A stretch of 64,000 bases of DNA, from NCBI GenBank assembly GCA_964291265.2, contig OZ219747.1:256001-320000 (forward strand), in the 5' to 3' direction. The DNA comes from Alphaproteobacteria bacterium. GTDB taxonomy: Bacteria; Pseudomonadota; Alphaproteobacteria; SP197. Position numbers and translations under genes: made by a program. Shown here piece after piece: positions 1-8,560 of this stretch. The notes under the pieces were generated by a model, which was not told the origin of the DNA, did not search any database, and worked only from the letters and a program-made list of their open reading frames with translations. Positions within the stretch are counted from its first letter, which is position 1; each line of letters starts with the position of its first letter.

Positions 1-198
1 CTGTCCGCCGGCGCCGTACTTGCCGCCGACCGTCTCCGCCAGGGTATAGCCGCGTCCAACGCCGTGCAGGAAGCGGAAGGCGTCGCGGACATTGCTCTTG
101 CCGCTGGCGTTGGCGCCGATGATCACGGTGAACGCGCCGACTCGCAATGACTCGTCGGCGAAGTTCTTGAAATCCCTGAGCCCGACCTTGCGGATCAT
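1..198 (-). CDS. AAA/ABC-type ATPase (AAA_21-like), 5' part only, runs off the window
   Basis: Minus-strand reading MIRKVGLRDFKNFADESLRVGAFTVIIGANASGKSN with Walker A GANASGKS; ATG overlaps the stop of the DUF1156 gene (ATGA). Confidence 0.8.
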   Translation of the reverse strand, partial: MIRKVGLRDFKNFADESLRVGAFTVIIGANASGKSNVRDAFRFLHGVGRGYTLAETVGGKYGAGGQ

Positions 199-3100
199 GG
201 TGCCTCCTCGAGCGCCAGCTTACCCTGGCGCGGAGCGGTGTAGTCGGCTCGTGAGTCGAGGTGGTTGGAAAGGGATTCGAGGATCGCGCGTTCCTGCGAA
301 CCGGTGGCCGCCAATTCGACAAGCGCCTGCAGCAGCCGCGCGAACAGGGCGTTGCGTGCGAGACGGCTGTCATCGATGTAGGCATTCACCTTGGCCTCGT
401 CGCCGGCGCGCCAGAGCTGCATCAGCTTGTGCGCCCGATCGATCAACGGTACAGGCCCCCCACCCGGGCCTATCGAGCCCAGCCCCTTGCCCTTGCGCCG
501 GTTCCAGGGCAGCAGCTTCGCCTTGCCGCCCCGGCCGCCGGATGCGCCGTCCGCGTCACCGTCATCTTCGTCGCCGGCCTCGTCGTCCTCCGCTTCGTCG
601 AGTTGGGCGCGGCCGGAGCGCGAGAGGATGGCGAAGCGGTCGGAGAGGTCGCGGTCGGACAGGTTGCAGGACAGCGCATAGAGGATACAGGCACCGGCCG
701 GGGCCTCGCCCAGACCGAAATCCCCGCGATGCAGGAGGTAGTAGGTGGTGACATCGTCGAGGTCACTCGCCGCGGCGGGATCGCCGTCGCGAGTCAGCAC
801 CCGGCCGACAACGAAATCGACCACCATGCGTCGTACCTCGCGCAGGAATTCGGAGACCGCCATGGTCTCGCCCGGCGCATCGGCCTTCTTCACCAGGGGA
901 TACCGGGAGTAGGCTTCGAGTGCCGGCCCCGTCGCGGCCCACACGAAGTCCGGCCCGCGGATGCCGGCATCCCAGAAGTCGCGCAGCCGCCGCACGATGT
1001 TCTCGCGCATCTCGGCCAGCACCGCGCTGTCCCAGCCGGGTCGGGCTTGCGGGCGCTTGCGGCAGACGAGCCAGACCGAGGAGGCGAGGGCGGCAGAGTT
1101 CAGCGAACGCTGCCGGTTCTGCATCTCGGTCTGGATCGGCCAGGAGCCGGTGACGACAAAGCCGGCGCGGATCAGCGCCGCGGCCAGAGTCTCCCAGGCG
1201 TCGGGAGACTTGTTGGCGAAGACGACGACCAGACGTCCCTCCGGCTTCAGCGCCTCGTGGCAGGCGCGGAAGGCGCGGGCCATGCCGTCTTCATAGGCCT
1301 GCTTCGACGCCGCCCGATCGCCGCCGAACCGGCTGGCGTCGTCGATCAGCTCGCCGTCGCCGCCTGCCGCGTTCCATTTCGGGCCGAGGGGGTCGGCGAA
1401 CACCGTGTCGGCGTCCGGAACGACGCCGTGCAGCGCCCGGCGCAGCCAGACATAGAAGAAGTCCATCAGGTTCGAATAGGGGATGGCGTCGTAATAGGGC
1501 GGGTCGGTGACGACGGCGTCGAAACCGCCGGGAACGGGTGCGAGCGCCGACTGCCGCAGCACCGTGGCGCCGGGAGCGCCGATTGCCGCGCCTTGCAGAT
1601 GCTCGACGACGCGGGCGATCCACTCGACGGCCTGGATGAAGCCGCCGGTGGTGTCGGCGAGCGGGCAGGACTCGACGAAGTCCCACACGACGGGCAGCGC
1701 GAAACGGGCGAAGGTGCTGCGGATTTTCTCCGGATCGTTGGTCCAGGTCGCAAGCGCGCTGCCCCGGTCCGCGAGGCGGCCGAGCGACGGGGCCAGACAG
1801 ACCAGGATCGCTTCGCGCCATTCCGGCGGGAGGTCCGCCATCGCGTCGGCGCACCGCCGCATCTCCCGCAGCACCGAACCCAACGCCAGAAGCTGCCGGT
1901 CGGTGAACAGCTTATCCCAGCGGTCGAGGCCGTAATTCTCCACCGAAAAGGCGCGGGCAGCGCCCGGTCCCTGGCGCGGCGTCGACTCCATCGGCAGTCC
2001 GAAGGGAATGTCGGCATACAGTGCTTCCAGTTCGCCGGGAGAGATTTCCGCGGCGCGCAGTTCCTCGTCCTGTGGCAAGCGGTATTCCTTGCCCTCCGGG
2101 CCGTTCACGACCACGGCGGTCATCACCGAGTCCAGCCGACCGGCGCGGCCCTCGAGGCGGAGGTCCTCCATGGACATGATGGCCCGGCAGCAGGGGCAGC
2201 GTGCGCCACTGCGGCTCATCGTGCCTTCGCCGAGCTTCTTGTCGCTCTCGCGCCTCTGCGCCGTGGAGCCGGTGGCCGGCGGCACCCCGGCCTCGATCCC
2301 GAAGGCAACGCCGGCGCCGTCCGTCCGCGGCGTCATGGTGAGCAGGACGCGCTTGTTCTCCTTCCTGCAAAGCCAGCGCGTCTTCAGCAGCGGCAGCACG
2401 GCGCGGCAGCCCTTGCAGCGCACGGTGCGCGCCCAGAGATACGCCACGGTCGGCTTCGCCACCCAGCGCGGCCGGCGCGGATCCTTGTGCCAGGCGGCGT
2501 CGAACTCCTCGTTCAGCGACCCGGCGCTGGCCGCGCCCTTGTCGTCTGGCGCCAGCAGCGCAAGCGGCCGCGGCTCGAACGACGGGCCACCCGGGGCTGG
2601 CGCCTCGAACGCGGCGTAGGTCGGATAGCGCACCGCCAGCACCGCGCGAACCGCGGCCAGCACACGCCAGCCCCAGGCCCGCACATGCCACGCGAGATCG
2701 GCCTCACAAGAGGTGTCCTCGGTCAGCGCCAGTTCTGCCGCTCCGCTCTCCGTCGTGAAGCCGAGCGCCGCAAGCCTGCCGTCCAGCTGCCTGCCCTTGA
2801 AGCCCCGGGCCTTGAGGAAGACCGTCATGAAGTCACGGTCGCTGCGCGCGAAGTCGGGCAGTGGCAGGGTCTCGCCCGCCAGCCGGCGCGGGTAGTCGAG
2901 GGTGCACTTGAGGATGAACCAGGCCACGGGATTGATATCGACGGCGGTCGCCTCGCAGCCGAGCCGCATCGCCTCCAGGGGGATGGCGCCGCCTCCGGCG
3001 AAGGGGTCCAGAACCCTGGGCGCGCGGCCGTCATGGGCCTCGTGGATGCGCTCACGGAACCACTGGAGGTCCGGGCCGTCCTCGCGCCCCCAGTGCAGCA

Positions 3101-3404
3101 GGCCGCCCTCGGTCTCGCGCCGGCGCTTCTCCACCACGCGGCCGCCACGGCGCTCGTACTTCACCCTCTCGACGACATCGCCCGCCAGACGGCGGTAGAG
3201 GGCCTGCCGTGCCGTGACATCACCGGGATCGGGCAGCAGCGTCGCCACCAGTGCCGCCCGGCATGCCGCCAGCGGTCGGCGCGCCGGCCAGATATGCAGC
3301 GTCGAGATATGTCCGTGACGCACGTTCTTCTCATGCACCGAATCGAGCGACACCCGCTCCAGCGGAAAATCCACCTCGATCAGGCGCGTGTCGGCGTCAT
3401 CCAT
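195..3404 (-). CDS. DUF1156-family adenine-specific DNA methyltransferase with Zn ribbon
   Basis: N-terminal RLIEVDFP...LHIWPARRPLAACRA signature; motif I DPFAGGG; motif IV DPPY; CKGC...CPCC; GGAGG RBS before ATG 3404. Confidence 0.9.
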   Translation of the reverse strand: MDDADTRLIEVDFPLERVSLDSVHEKNVRHGHISTLHIWPARRPLAACRAALVATLLPDPGDVTARQALYRRLAGDVVERVKYERRGGRVVEKRRRETEGGLLHWGREDGPDLQWFRERIHEAHDGRAPRVLDPFAGGGAIPLEAMRLGCEATAVDINPVAWFILKCTLDYPRRLAGETLPLPDFARSDRDFMTVFLKARGFKGRQLDGRLAALGFTTESGAAELALTEDTSCEADLAWHVRAWGWRVLAAVRAVLAVRYPTYAAFEAPAPGGPSFEPRPLALLAPDDKGAASAGSLNEEFDAAWHKDPRRPRWVAKPTVAYLWARTVRCKGCRAVLPLLKTRWLCRKENKRVLLTMTPRTDGAGVAFGIEAGVPPATGSTAQRRESDKKLGEGTMSRSGARCPCCRAIMSMEDLRLEGRAGRLDSVMTAVVVNGPEGKEYRLPQDEELRAAEISPGELEALYADIPFGLPMESTPRQGPGAARAFSVENYGLDRWDKLFTDRQLLALGSVLREMRRCADAMADLPPEWREAILVCLAPSLGRLADRGSALATWTNDPEKIRSTFARFALPVVWDFVESCPLADTTGGFIQAVEWIARVVEHLQGAAIGAPGATVLRQSALAPVPGGFDAVVTDPPYYDAIPYSNLMDFFYVWLRRALHGVVPDADTVFADPLGPKWNAAGGDGELIDDASRFGGDRAASKQAYEDGMARAFRACHEALKPEGRLVVVFANKSPDAWETLAAALIRAGFVVTGSWPIQTEMQNRQRSLNSAALASSVWLVCRKRPQARPGWDSAVLAEMRENIVRRLRDFWDAGIRGPDFVWAATGPALEAYSRYPLVKKADAPGETMAVSEFLREVRRMVVDFVVGRVLTRDGDPAAASDLDDVTTYYLLHRGDFGLGEAPAGACILYALSCNLSDRDLSDRFAILSRSGRAQLDEAEDDEAGDEDDGDADGASGGRGGKAKLLPWNRRKGKGLGSIGPGGGPVPLIDRAHKLMQLWRAGDEAKVNAYIDDSRLARNALFARLLQALVELAATGSQERAILESLSNHLDSRADYTAPRQGKLALEEAP

Positions 3405-3570
3405 TCCCTGTCCTCCGCCAGTCATGGCCAGGTCGGTCTCGCATGGTCCTGGATGGTCCATTCGCCGACCAGCGCCCGGCAGGCCCGTTCGATGGGGCGA
3501 CGTACGGGATACTCGGCTCCCTGGGAGCGATCGTGTGCAGTGTTCCCGCCCTCCCTGGCATGGCTCAGCA

Positions 3571-6500
3571 TCATGCCTGCATCTCGTCCGTGCTCGCCGA
3601 CAGGATCTCCGACGCCGAGATGACGATGCCGCCTCTTGTCCGGGTCAGCAGGCGGCCGAACGGATTGCGGACCCTGACCAGGCGGGGGCGCGGCCCGGCG
3701 CAGTCGAAGACGACATAGAGCCAGTAGCGCTCGCGCAGGTTGCAGGCGGCCGCCCATTCGTTTTCGCTCACCTCCACCACACCGGAACCGGCGCGGCCCT
3801 TGACCTCTATGGCGCGGTCCTCCGCCGGCCCGTTGGCGCCGGCCGGGCGCAGCGAACGAAGATCGAAGCCGGGCCAGTCGCCCAGGCCCTCGTGCCTCGC
3901 CAATTCTGGCCGCGACACGTCACGAACCGAGGCCCCCGCCGCTTCCTCATGGGCGCGCGCAAGGTCCATGGCGATCGCCTCGACTTCGGCGTCGTGCCGC
4001 CGCCGCTCTTCCGGGTCGCCGGTCGGCAGGACCAGAGCATGGGCGATCATCACCGTCTCGCCGGGACTGACCGAGGCAGGTTCCGCCTCCAGCGCCGCCA
4101 GATGACAGCGCTGATCCGCGACGAGGCGGCTCTGCTCTTCCCTCACGACGGCGAGCTCCGCCTGCGCTTGCGAGGCGCCCTCGCGGGCCTCCCGATTCAT
4201 GCTCTGCCGTCTCTTCATCAACTCGGCGGTCTTGTAGTCGTAGCCGCGCGCGATCCACCGGCGCCGTTCCGGCAGCGACTCCTCGAGGAGTGCGCGATGC
4301 TGCGCCGCCAGGCGCAGCGCATCCTCCTTCAGCCACGTCCTGGCCTCCTCCGTCAGCCTGTGCGCCATGCGGGCCAGCGGTATGCTGCCCGGCGCGGCGG
4401 CGCCAACGCCGCGCAGCAGAAACAGGTGCTCGGGCGGGCATGGCGAAACGGCGCCGTCGCTCTCCTGCCGCAGCCCCAGCGGACGGGTCTCGACTGTCTC
4501 CGTCCGGTTTCGTCCGCGACGCACCACCGAGATCCGCGCCAGGTGAAAGAGGTAGGGCTCCTCGGCGTGGGGATCGACGAAGATCGCGCCGCGCAGCGCC
4601 TCGCCACCGCGACGCGCCAGCAGGGCGGCGTGAAAGCACTCGAACACCGGTTCGCCGGGATGCATCCAGATGGCGTCGCTCCCGGCTTCCGGGCGCTGGA
4701 ACGTCAACCGGCTCCGCATCGCTTCGGGATAGTCATCCATGGCGGCGCGCACATCGTCGGCGGCGCCCGGCCGTTCGGGCGCGAAGTCGAACACGCCTCC
4801 GGCGTCGCCCTCGAGCCGCAGGTCGATCAGGGAGGCCGCGGTCTCGACGAAGCGGCGGACATGGCCAGGGAGCAGGCGGCGATACTGTTCACGCTCCATC
4901 GCCGCGCTGAGTTCGGGAAGACGGGCCCGGACCTCGTCTCGTCCGTAGAGCCTGCGCTCCCGCTGGCCGTTGGCAGCAACACGCTCCGACGTCAGGCCGC
5001 TTTCGAGCGCCTCGACGGCGGCGCGGGCGCCGGCCTCCGTCACCGCCTGCTGCAGATAATCCCTGAGCGGCAGATTCTCGAACAGGTGCCCGACGACGTC
5101 GAACACCTTGTCCGAGGAGAGTTCATGGCGGATCGCCTCGAGCTTGTCGAGCAGCACCTTGAGAACCCGGCCTTCGCGCGTCTCCCCGGCGATCAGGTTG
5201 ACGATCACCACCGGGTCGCGTGTCTGTCCGTAACGGTGGATGCGCCCCATCCTCTGCTCCAGGCGTGCCGGATTCCAGGGCACGTCGTAGTTCACCATCA
5301 GCCAGCAGAACTGGAGATTGATGCCCTCGCCGGCGGCGTCCGTCGCGACCAGATAACTCGCGCCGCCGCGCTCCGCCGGACGCCGGAACAGCGCCACCTG
5401 CGCCTCGCGCGCGCGGTAATCCAGGCCGCCATGGATCAGGGCGACCCGACCGGCAAAGCCGAGGCCTTCCAGGCGGCGCACGAGGAACTCCGCCGTGTCG
5501 CGGTGCTCGGTGAAGACGATGAGCTTCTCCCGGGCGAAGGCCGGATCGCTCATGACCGCGCGCAACTTCTCGAACTTGGAGTCCTCGCCAGCTTCGGCAA
5601 GACGGCGCGCCTGAGACAGAAGGACTTCGACCTCCGCCCGTTCCTCCCGGAACTCCACAAGGGTGATCGCGGCAAAACCGCCGAGCGCGGCCTCTTCGAA
5701 CTCCTCGTGGCGCTCCCTTTCGCCGCCGTCGTCCGCTTCCTCGTCGGCGGTGCGGGATTCGAAGAAGTCCGGTGTCCTGCCGAGCCGCGCCTGGCCTCGC
5801 TCCAGCTCTTCGCTGCGACCCGCCCGGACAAGCGCGATGGCTTCGTCAAGGCGGTCGAGGCGACGCTCGAACGAACGCATCAAGGCATGGGTCGAACTCG
5901 CGAGCCGGCGCTGGAACACGCTCATCGCAAGGCGGGCCGCGGAACGGTTCAGGATGTGCGCCTTGTTGTAGGTCTTTTCGATGTACTGCGTCGTCGCGTC
6001 GTAGAGCTCCTGTTCGGCCGGAGCGAGCGCGTAACTGAGGGTGTCGCACTTGCGCTGCGGGTAGAGGGGCCGACCGTCGGCGTGAACCATCTCTTCCTTG
6101 GTGCGGCGGATGAAGTGGCGACGGCGCTGCGCTTCGGGGAAGTCCGCGAACGCATCGAAGGTCGCCAGCGCGTCCGGCGCGAGCAGGCGCCACAGGCAGT
6201 AATAGGGGAAGTCCTTGCCCATGTGCGGCGTCGCGGTCAGCAGCAGGATGTTCGGGGCAGACCAGCCGAGGCGCCAGCGCGCACGGTCCGCGGGCAGACC
6301 GGCCAGCGCCTCGGCGAGGCGGTAGCGATCGGTCTTGCGGACCCGGAAATCCTGCTCGCGAGCGGCGGCCAGCTTGTGGGCCTCGTCGAAGACCACGAGG
6401 TCATAGGGCCGCGAGGCGCCCGACTCCACTGCCTCGCGCAGGCGCTGGAACATGCGCTCGCCGGCAAGTGTGTCGACGCTGACGACGATGCGGTCGCTCC

Positions 6501-7125
6501 CCGGCCCAGCAAACGGGTTCCCGGCGCGTGCGTCGGCGCCGCGCACGATGCGGAAGGGGAGGCGGAACAGCGTGCGCATCTCGCGTTCCCAGTTGCCGAC
6601 CAGCCCGGCTGGCGGTACCACGAGCACACGACCGATCAGCCGGCGCGCGAGCATCTCGCGCAGATACAGCCCCGTCATGATCGTCTTTCCGGCACCGGCG
6701 TCGTCGGCAAGGAGAAACCGCAGGGGCGACTGGCCGATCATGTGCTCGTAGACGGCGATACGCTGATGCGGCAACGGGTCAATCGAGGATATCTCGCTGG
6801 CGAAGGTCGGATTGGTCAGATGGCCGTAGGCGAGCTGCGTCGCCGCCGCAACGGCGGCCACCACAGCCGGCTCGGCGCCGAAGTCGAGTGTTGGCGTCAC
6901 CGAAGCGGCGGGTGGCTCGGCCCGTCGAGTCGAGGCCCGGACATCGGCTTCAAGGCTGACGACCCCGCGCCACGCGAGGCGCCCGGGCCTCGACTGACTG
7001 TTCTCCCAGCGGTTCACTGTCGCGAACGACACGCCGATGCGCTTCGCCATCTGCGCCTGCGTAAGCCCCAACCGTCCACGCAAGTCCTTGACCCGAACCG
7101 GGTAGTCTTCCGGAATGTCGCCCAT
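3571..7125 (-). CDS. SNF2-family helicase with N-terminal XRE HTH and C-terminal DUF3883 (PD-(D/E)XK-like) domain
   Basis: LGLTQAQMAKRIGVSFATVNRWEN (HTH_3); LLADDAGAGKT, DEAH, TATP, QRMGRIHRYGQ; C-terminal GFDLRS...IEVKGR. Start chosen at MGDIPEDY. Confidence 0.9.
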   Translation of the reverse strand: MGDIPEDYPVRVKDLRGRLGLTQAQMAKRIGVSFATVNRWENSQSRPGRLAWRGVVSLEADVRASTRRAEPPAASVTPTLDFGAEPAVVAAVAAATQLAYGHLTNPTFASEISSIDPLPHQRIAVYEHMIGQSPLRFLLADDAGAGKTIMTGLYLREMLARRLIGRVLVVPPAGLVGNWEREMRTLFRLPFRIVRGADARAGNPFAGPGSDRIVVSVDTLAGERMFQRLREAVESGASRPYDLVVFDEAHKLAAAREQDFRVRKTDRYRLAEALAGLPADRARWRLGWSAPNILLLTATPHMGKDFPYYCLWRLLAPDALATFDAFADFPEAQRRRHFIRRTKEEMVHADGRPLYPQRKCDTLSYALAPAEQELYDATTQYIEKTYNKAHILNRSAARLAMSVFQRRLASSTHALMRSFERRLDRLDEAIALVRAGRSEELERGQARLGRTPDFFESRTADEEADDGGERERHEEFEEAALGGFAAITLVEFREERAEVEVLLSQARRLAEAGEDSKFEKLRAVMSDPAFAREKLIVFTEHRDTAEFLVRRLEGLGFAGRVALIHGGLDYRAREAQVALFRRPAERGGASYLVATDAAGEGINLQFCWLMVNYDVPWNPARLEQRMGRIHRYGQTRDPVVIVNLIAGETREGRVLKVLLDKLEAIRHELSSDKVFDVVGHLFENLPLRDYLQQAVTEAGARAAVEALESGLTSERVAANGQRERRLYGRDEVRARLPELSAAMEREQYRRLLPGHVRRFVETAASLIDLRLEGDAGGVFDFAPERPGAADDVRAAMDDYPEAMRSRLTFQRPEAGSDAIWMHPGEPVFECFHAALLARRGGEALRGAIFVDPHAEEPYLFHLARISVVRRGRNRTETVETRPLGLRQESDGAVSPCPPEHLFLLRGVGAAAPGSIPLARMAHRLTEEARTWLKEDALRLAAQHRALLEESLPERRRWIARGYDYKTAELMKRRQSMNREAREGASQAQAELAVVREEQSRLVADQRCHLAALEAEPASVSPGETVMIAHALVLPTGDPEERRRHDAEVEAIAMDLARAHEEAAGASVRDVSRPELARHEGLGDWPGFDLRSLRPAGANGPAEDRAIEVKGRAGSGVVEVSENEWAAACNLRERYWLYVVFDCAGPRPRLVRVRNPFGRLLTRTRGGIVISASEILSASTDEMQA

Positions 7126-7182
7126 TCCCGGCCGCACCGCGTTTCTCGATGACATGGGGCATAGATTGGACCATCTCGCACG

Positions 7183-7200
7183 ATATAGCAAATGCTATAT
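7183..7200. promoter_or_regulatory. Palindromic candidate operator ATATAGCA-AA-TGCTATAT
   Basis: Perfect AT-rich 8-bp inverted repeat with 2-nt spacer, ~60 bp upstream of the HTH-helicase start. Confidence 0.55.
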
Positions 7201-7378
7201 TCCCGATCATGTCGCGCGAAGAGACGGTCCTTGCCAAAGGAACGCTGCTGCAGTCTCGCGTGCCGACGGGGCGCCAACCTTCCGGCACTCCACCGTCTGG
7301 AACGCTCAGGTTCGGCTTGCGGAGCCGTTCATCGGCCCTGTCGACAGCGCATGCCTGATCAGCGCCGGGAAACTGCCT

Positions 7379-7428
7379 GACAACGCACGGGAGTTCAGTC
7401 CCCCGCCACCGGCTCGTCCGGGTGCAGC
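7379..7428 (-). ncRNA. Candidate structured leader motif, copy A
   Basis: 44/50 nt identical to 40313-40362 (+) and 50504-50553 (-); hairpin GCGGGGG-ACTGAA-CTCCCGT. Confidence 0.4.
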
Positions 7429-8004
7429 CCGCTCGCTCCACGCTGCGCCGGCACGCGCTGTAGCGTGAGGATCGAACGCCCGCGTTAAGGACGGCCGCAT
7501 TGGGCCCGGGCTGACGCGTTGAAGACGTGCCTCGCCTGCGACGCTTGTCATCGCGTTCCGCGTCTGACGACCTCTCCCTCCCGACCCGCAAGGGGGGACA
7601 TCACGGCGCCCATCACCGCTTCAGGGTTCCCCGGGTATCGCCCATCATGACCATCGCGGCTTCGTCGTGTCTCACCGGCTCAGCCGGCCGGCTTCCATCC
7701 CGCTGGAGCGCCGAGCCCCTGCCCGGAACACGGGAAAGCGCCGGGTTCCTGTCCCGGGCCATGCAGGACCGGGGCGGGAACCAACCGCAGGCGGACGAAG
7801 AGAAGGATCGCGGTGCGTCGGGTTGACGGGCCGCGCGCGCCGAGGCCAGGTACAGGAGGTCGCCCTTCGCGCCCATCCCCGAGCGAGGGACGAAGACGGA
7901 TGTCGAGTGGCGTTCTTCATGAGGCACCCATGCACGGCCTCGTGAACGTCGGGTGAACCGTGTCCGGTTGACCCGGAGAGGCAGTGCCAGGCCTCACTGT
8001 CTCC

Positions 8005-8559
8005 TCAGGAGCTCCTCGCCGTGGCGTGGCCCGTCTCGAGAAGCCGGGGCATGAGTTCGACGAAATTGCAGGGGCCGAAGCGATGGTCGAGCTGGTGGAC
8101 CAGGATATCGTCCCAGGCGTCCCTGCAGGCGCCGGGCGAACCCGGCAGCGCGAACAGATAGGTGCCTCCGGCGACGCCGGCCGTTGCCCGGGACTGGATC
8201 GTCGAGGTGCCGATCTTGCGGAACGAGAGCCAGCGGAAGAGCTCGCCGAATCCCGGAATCGCCTTGTCGCAGACCTCATCGAAGGCTTCGGGCGTGACGT
8301 CCCGGCCGGTGACTCCGGTCCCCCCCGTCGCGATCACGACATCCACGCCCGGATCGTCGATCCACGCCCGCAGGGTTCCGACGATCGTGGCCACATCGTC
8401 GGTGACAATGCGACGGTCCGCCACCTCGTGGCCCGCCGCCTCGACGCGGTCGACGAGAACGGCGCCTGACCGGTCGTCAGCGAGGGAACGGCTGTCGGAG
8501 ACCGTCAGGACGGCGATCCGGACCGCGAGAAACGACTTGCTGTCATCGATTCCAGGCAT
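8005..8559 (-). CDS. moaB: Molybdenum cofactor biosynthesis protein B
   Basis: IAVLTVSDSR, TGGTGVTGRDVTPEA, LPGSPGAC, PCNFVELMPRL. Confidence 0.93.
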   Translation of the reverse strand: MPGIDDSKSFLAVRIAVLTVSDSRSLADDRSGAVLVDRVEAAGHEVADRRIVTDDVATIVGTLRAWIDDPGVDVVIATGGTGVTGRDVTPEAFDEVCDKAIPGFGELFRWLSFRKIGTSTIQSRATAGVAGGTYLFALPGSPGACRDAWDDILVHQLDHRFGPCNFVELMPRLLETGHATARSS

Positions 8560-8560
8560 G

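Noticed and set aside
3422-3574. 50-aa ORF ATGA-coupled to the helicase stop
   Set aside because: The position is plausible but no motif is recognisable, so it cannot be supported as a gene.
261-7152. Very long + strand ORFs (1120 and 1254 aa)
   Set aside because: Antisense shadows of real minus-strand genes in high-GC DNA; no motifs. The same applies to similar ORFs such as 41682-44603, 55023-56807 and 57537-59126.
7527-7945. Short overlapping ORFs between the defence operon and moaB
   Set aside because: No recognisable family and no clear attachment site or direct repeat at the island edge.
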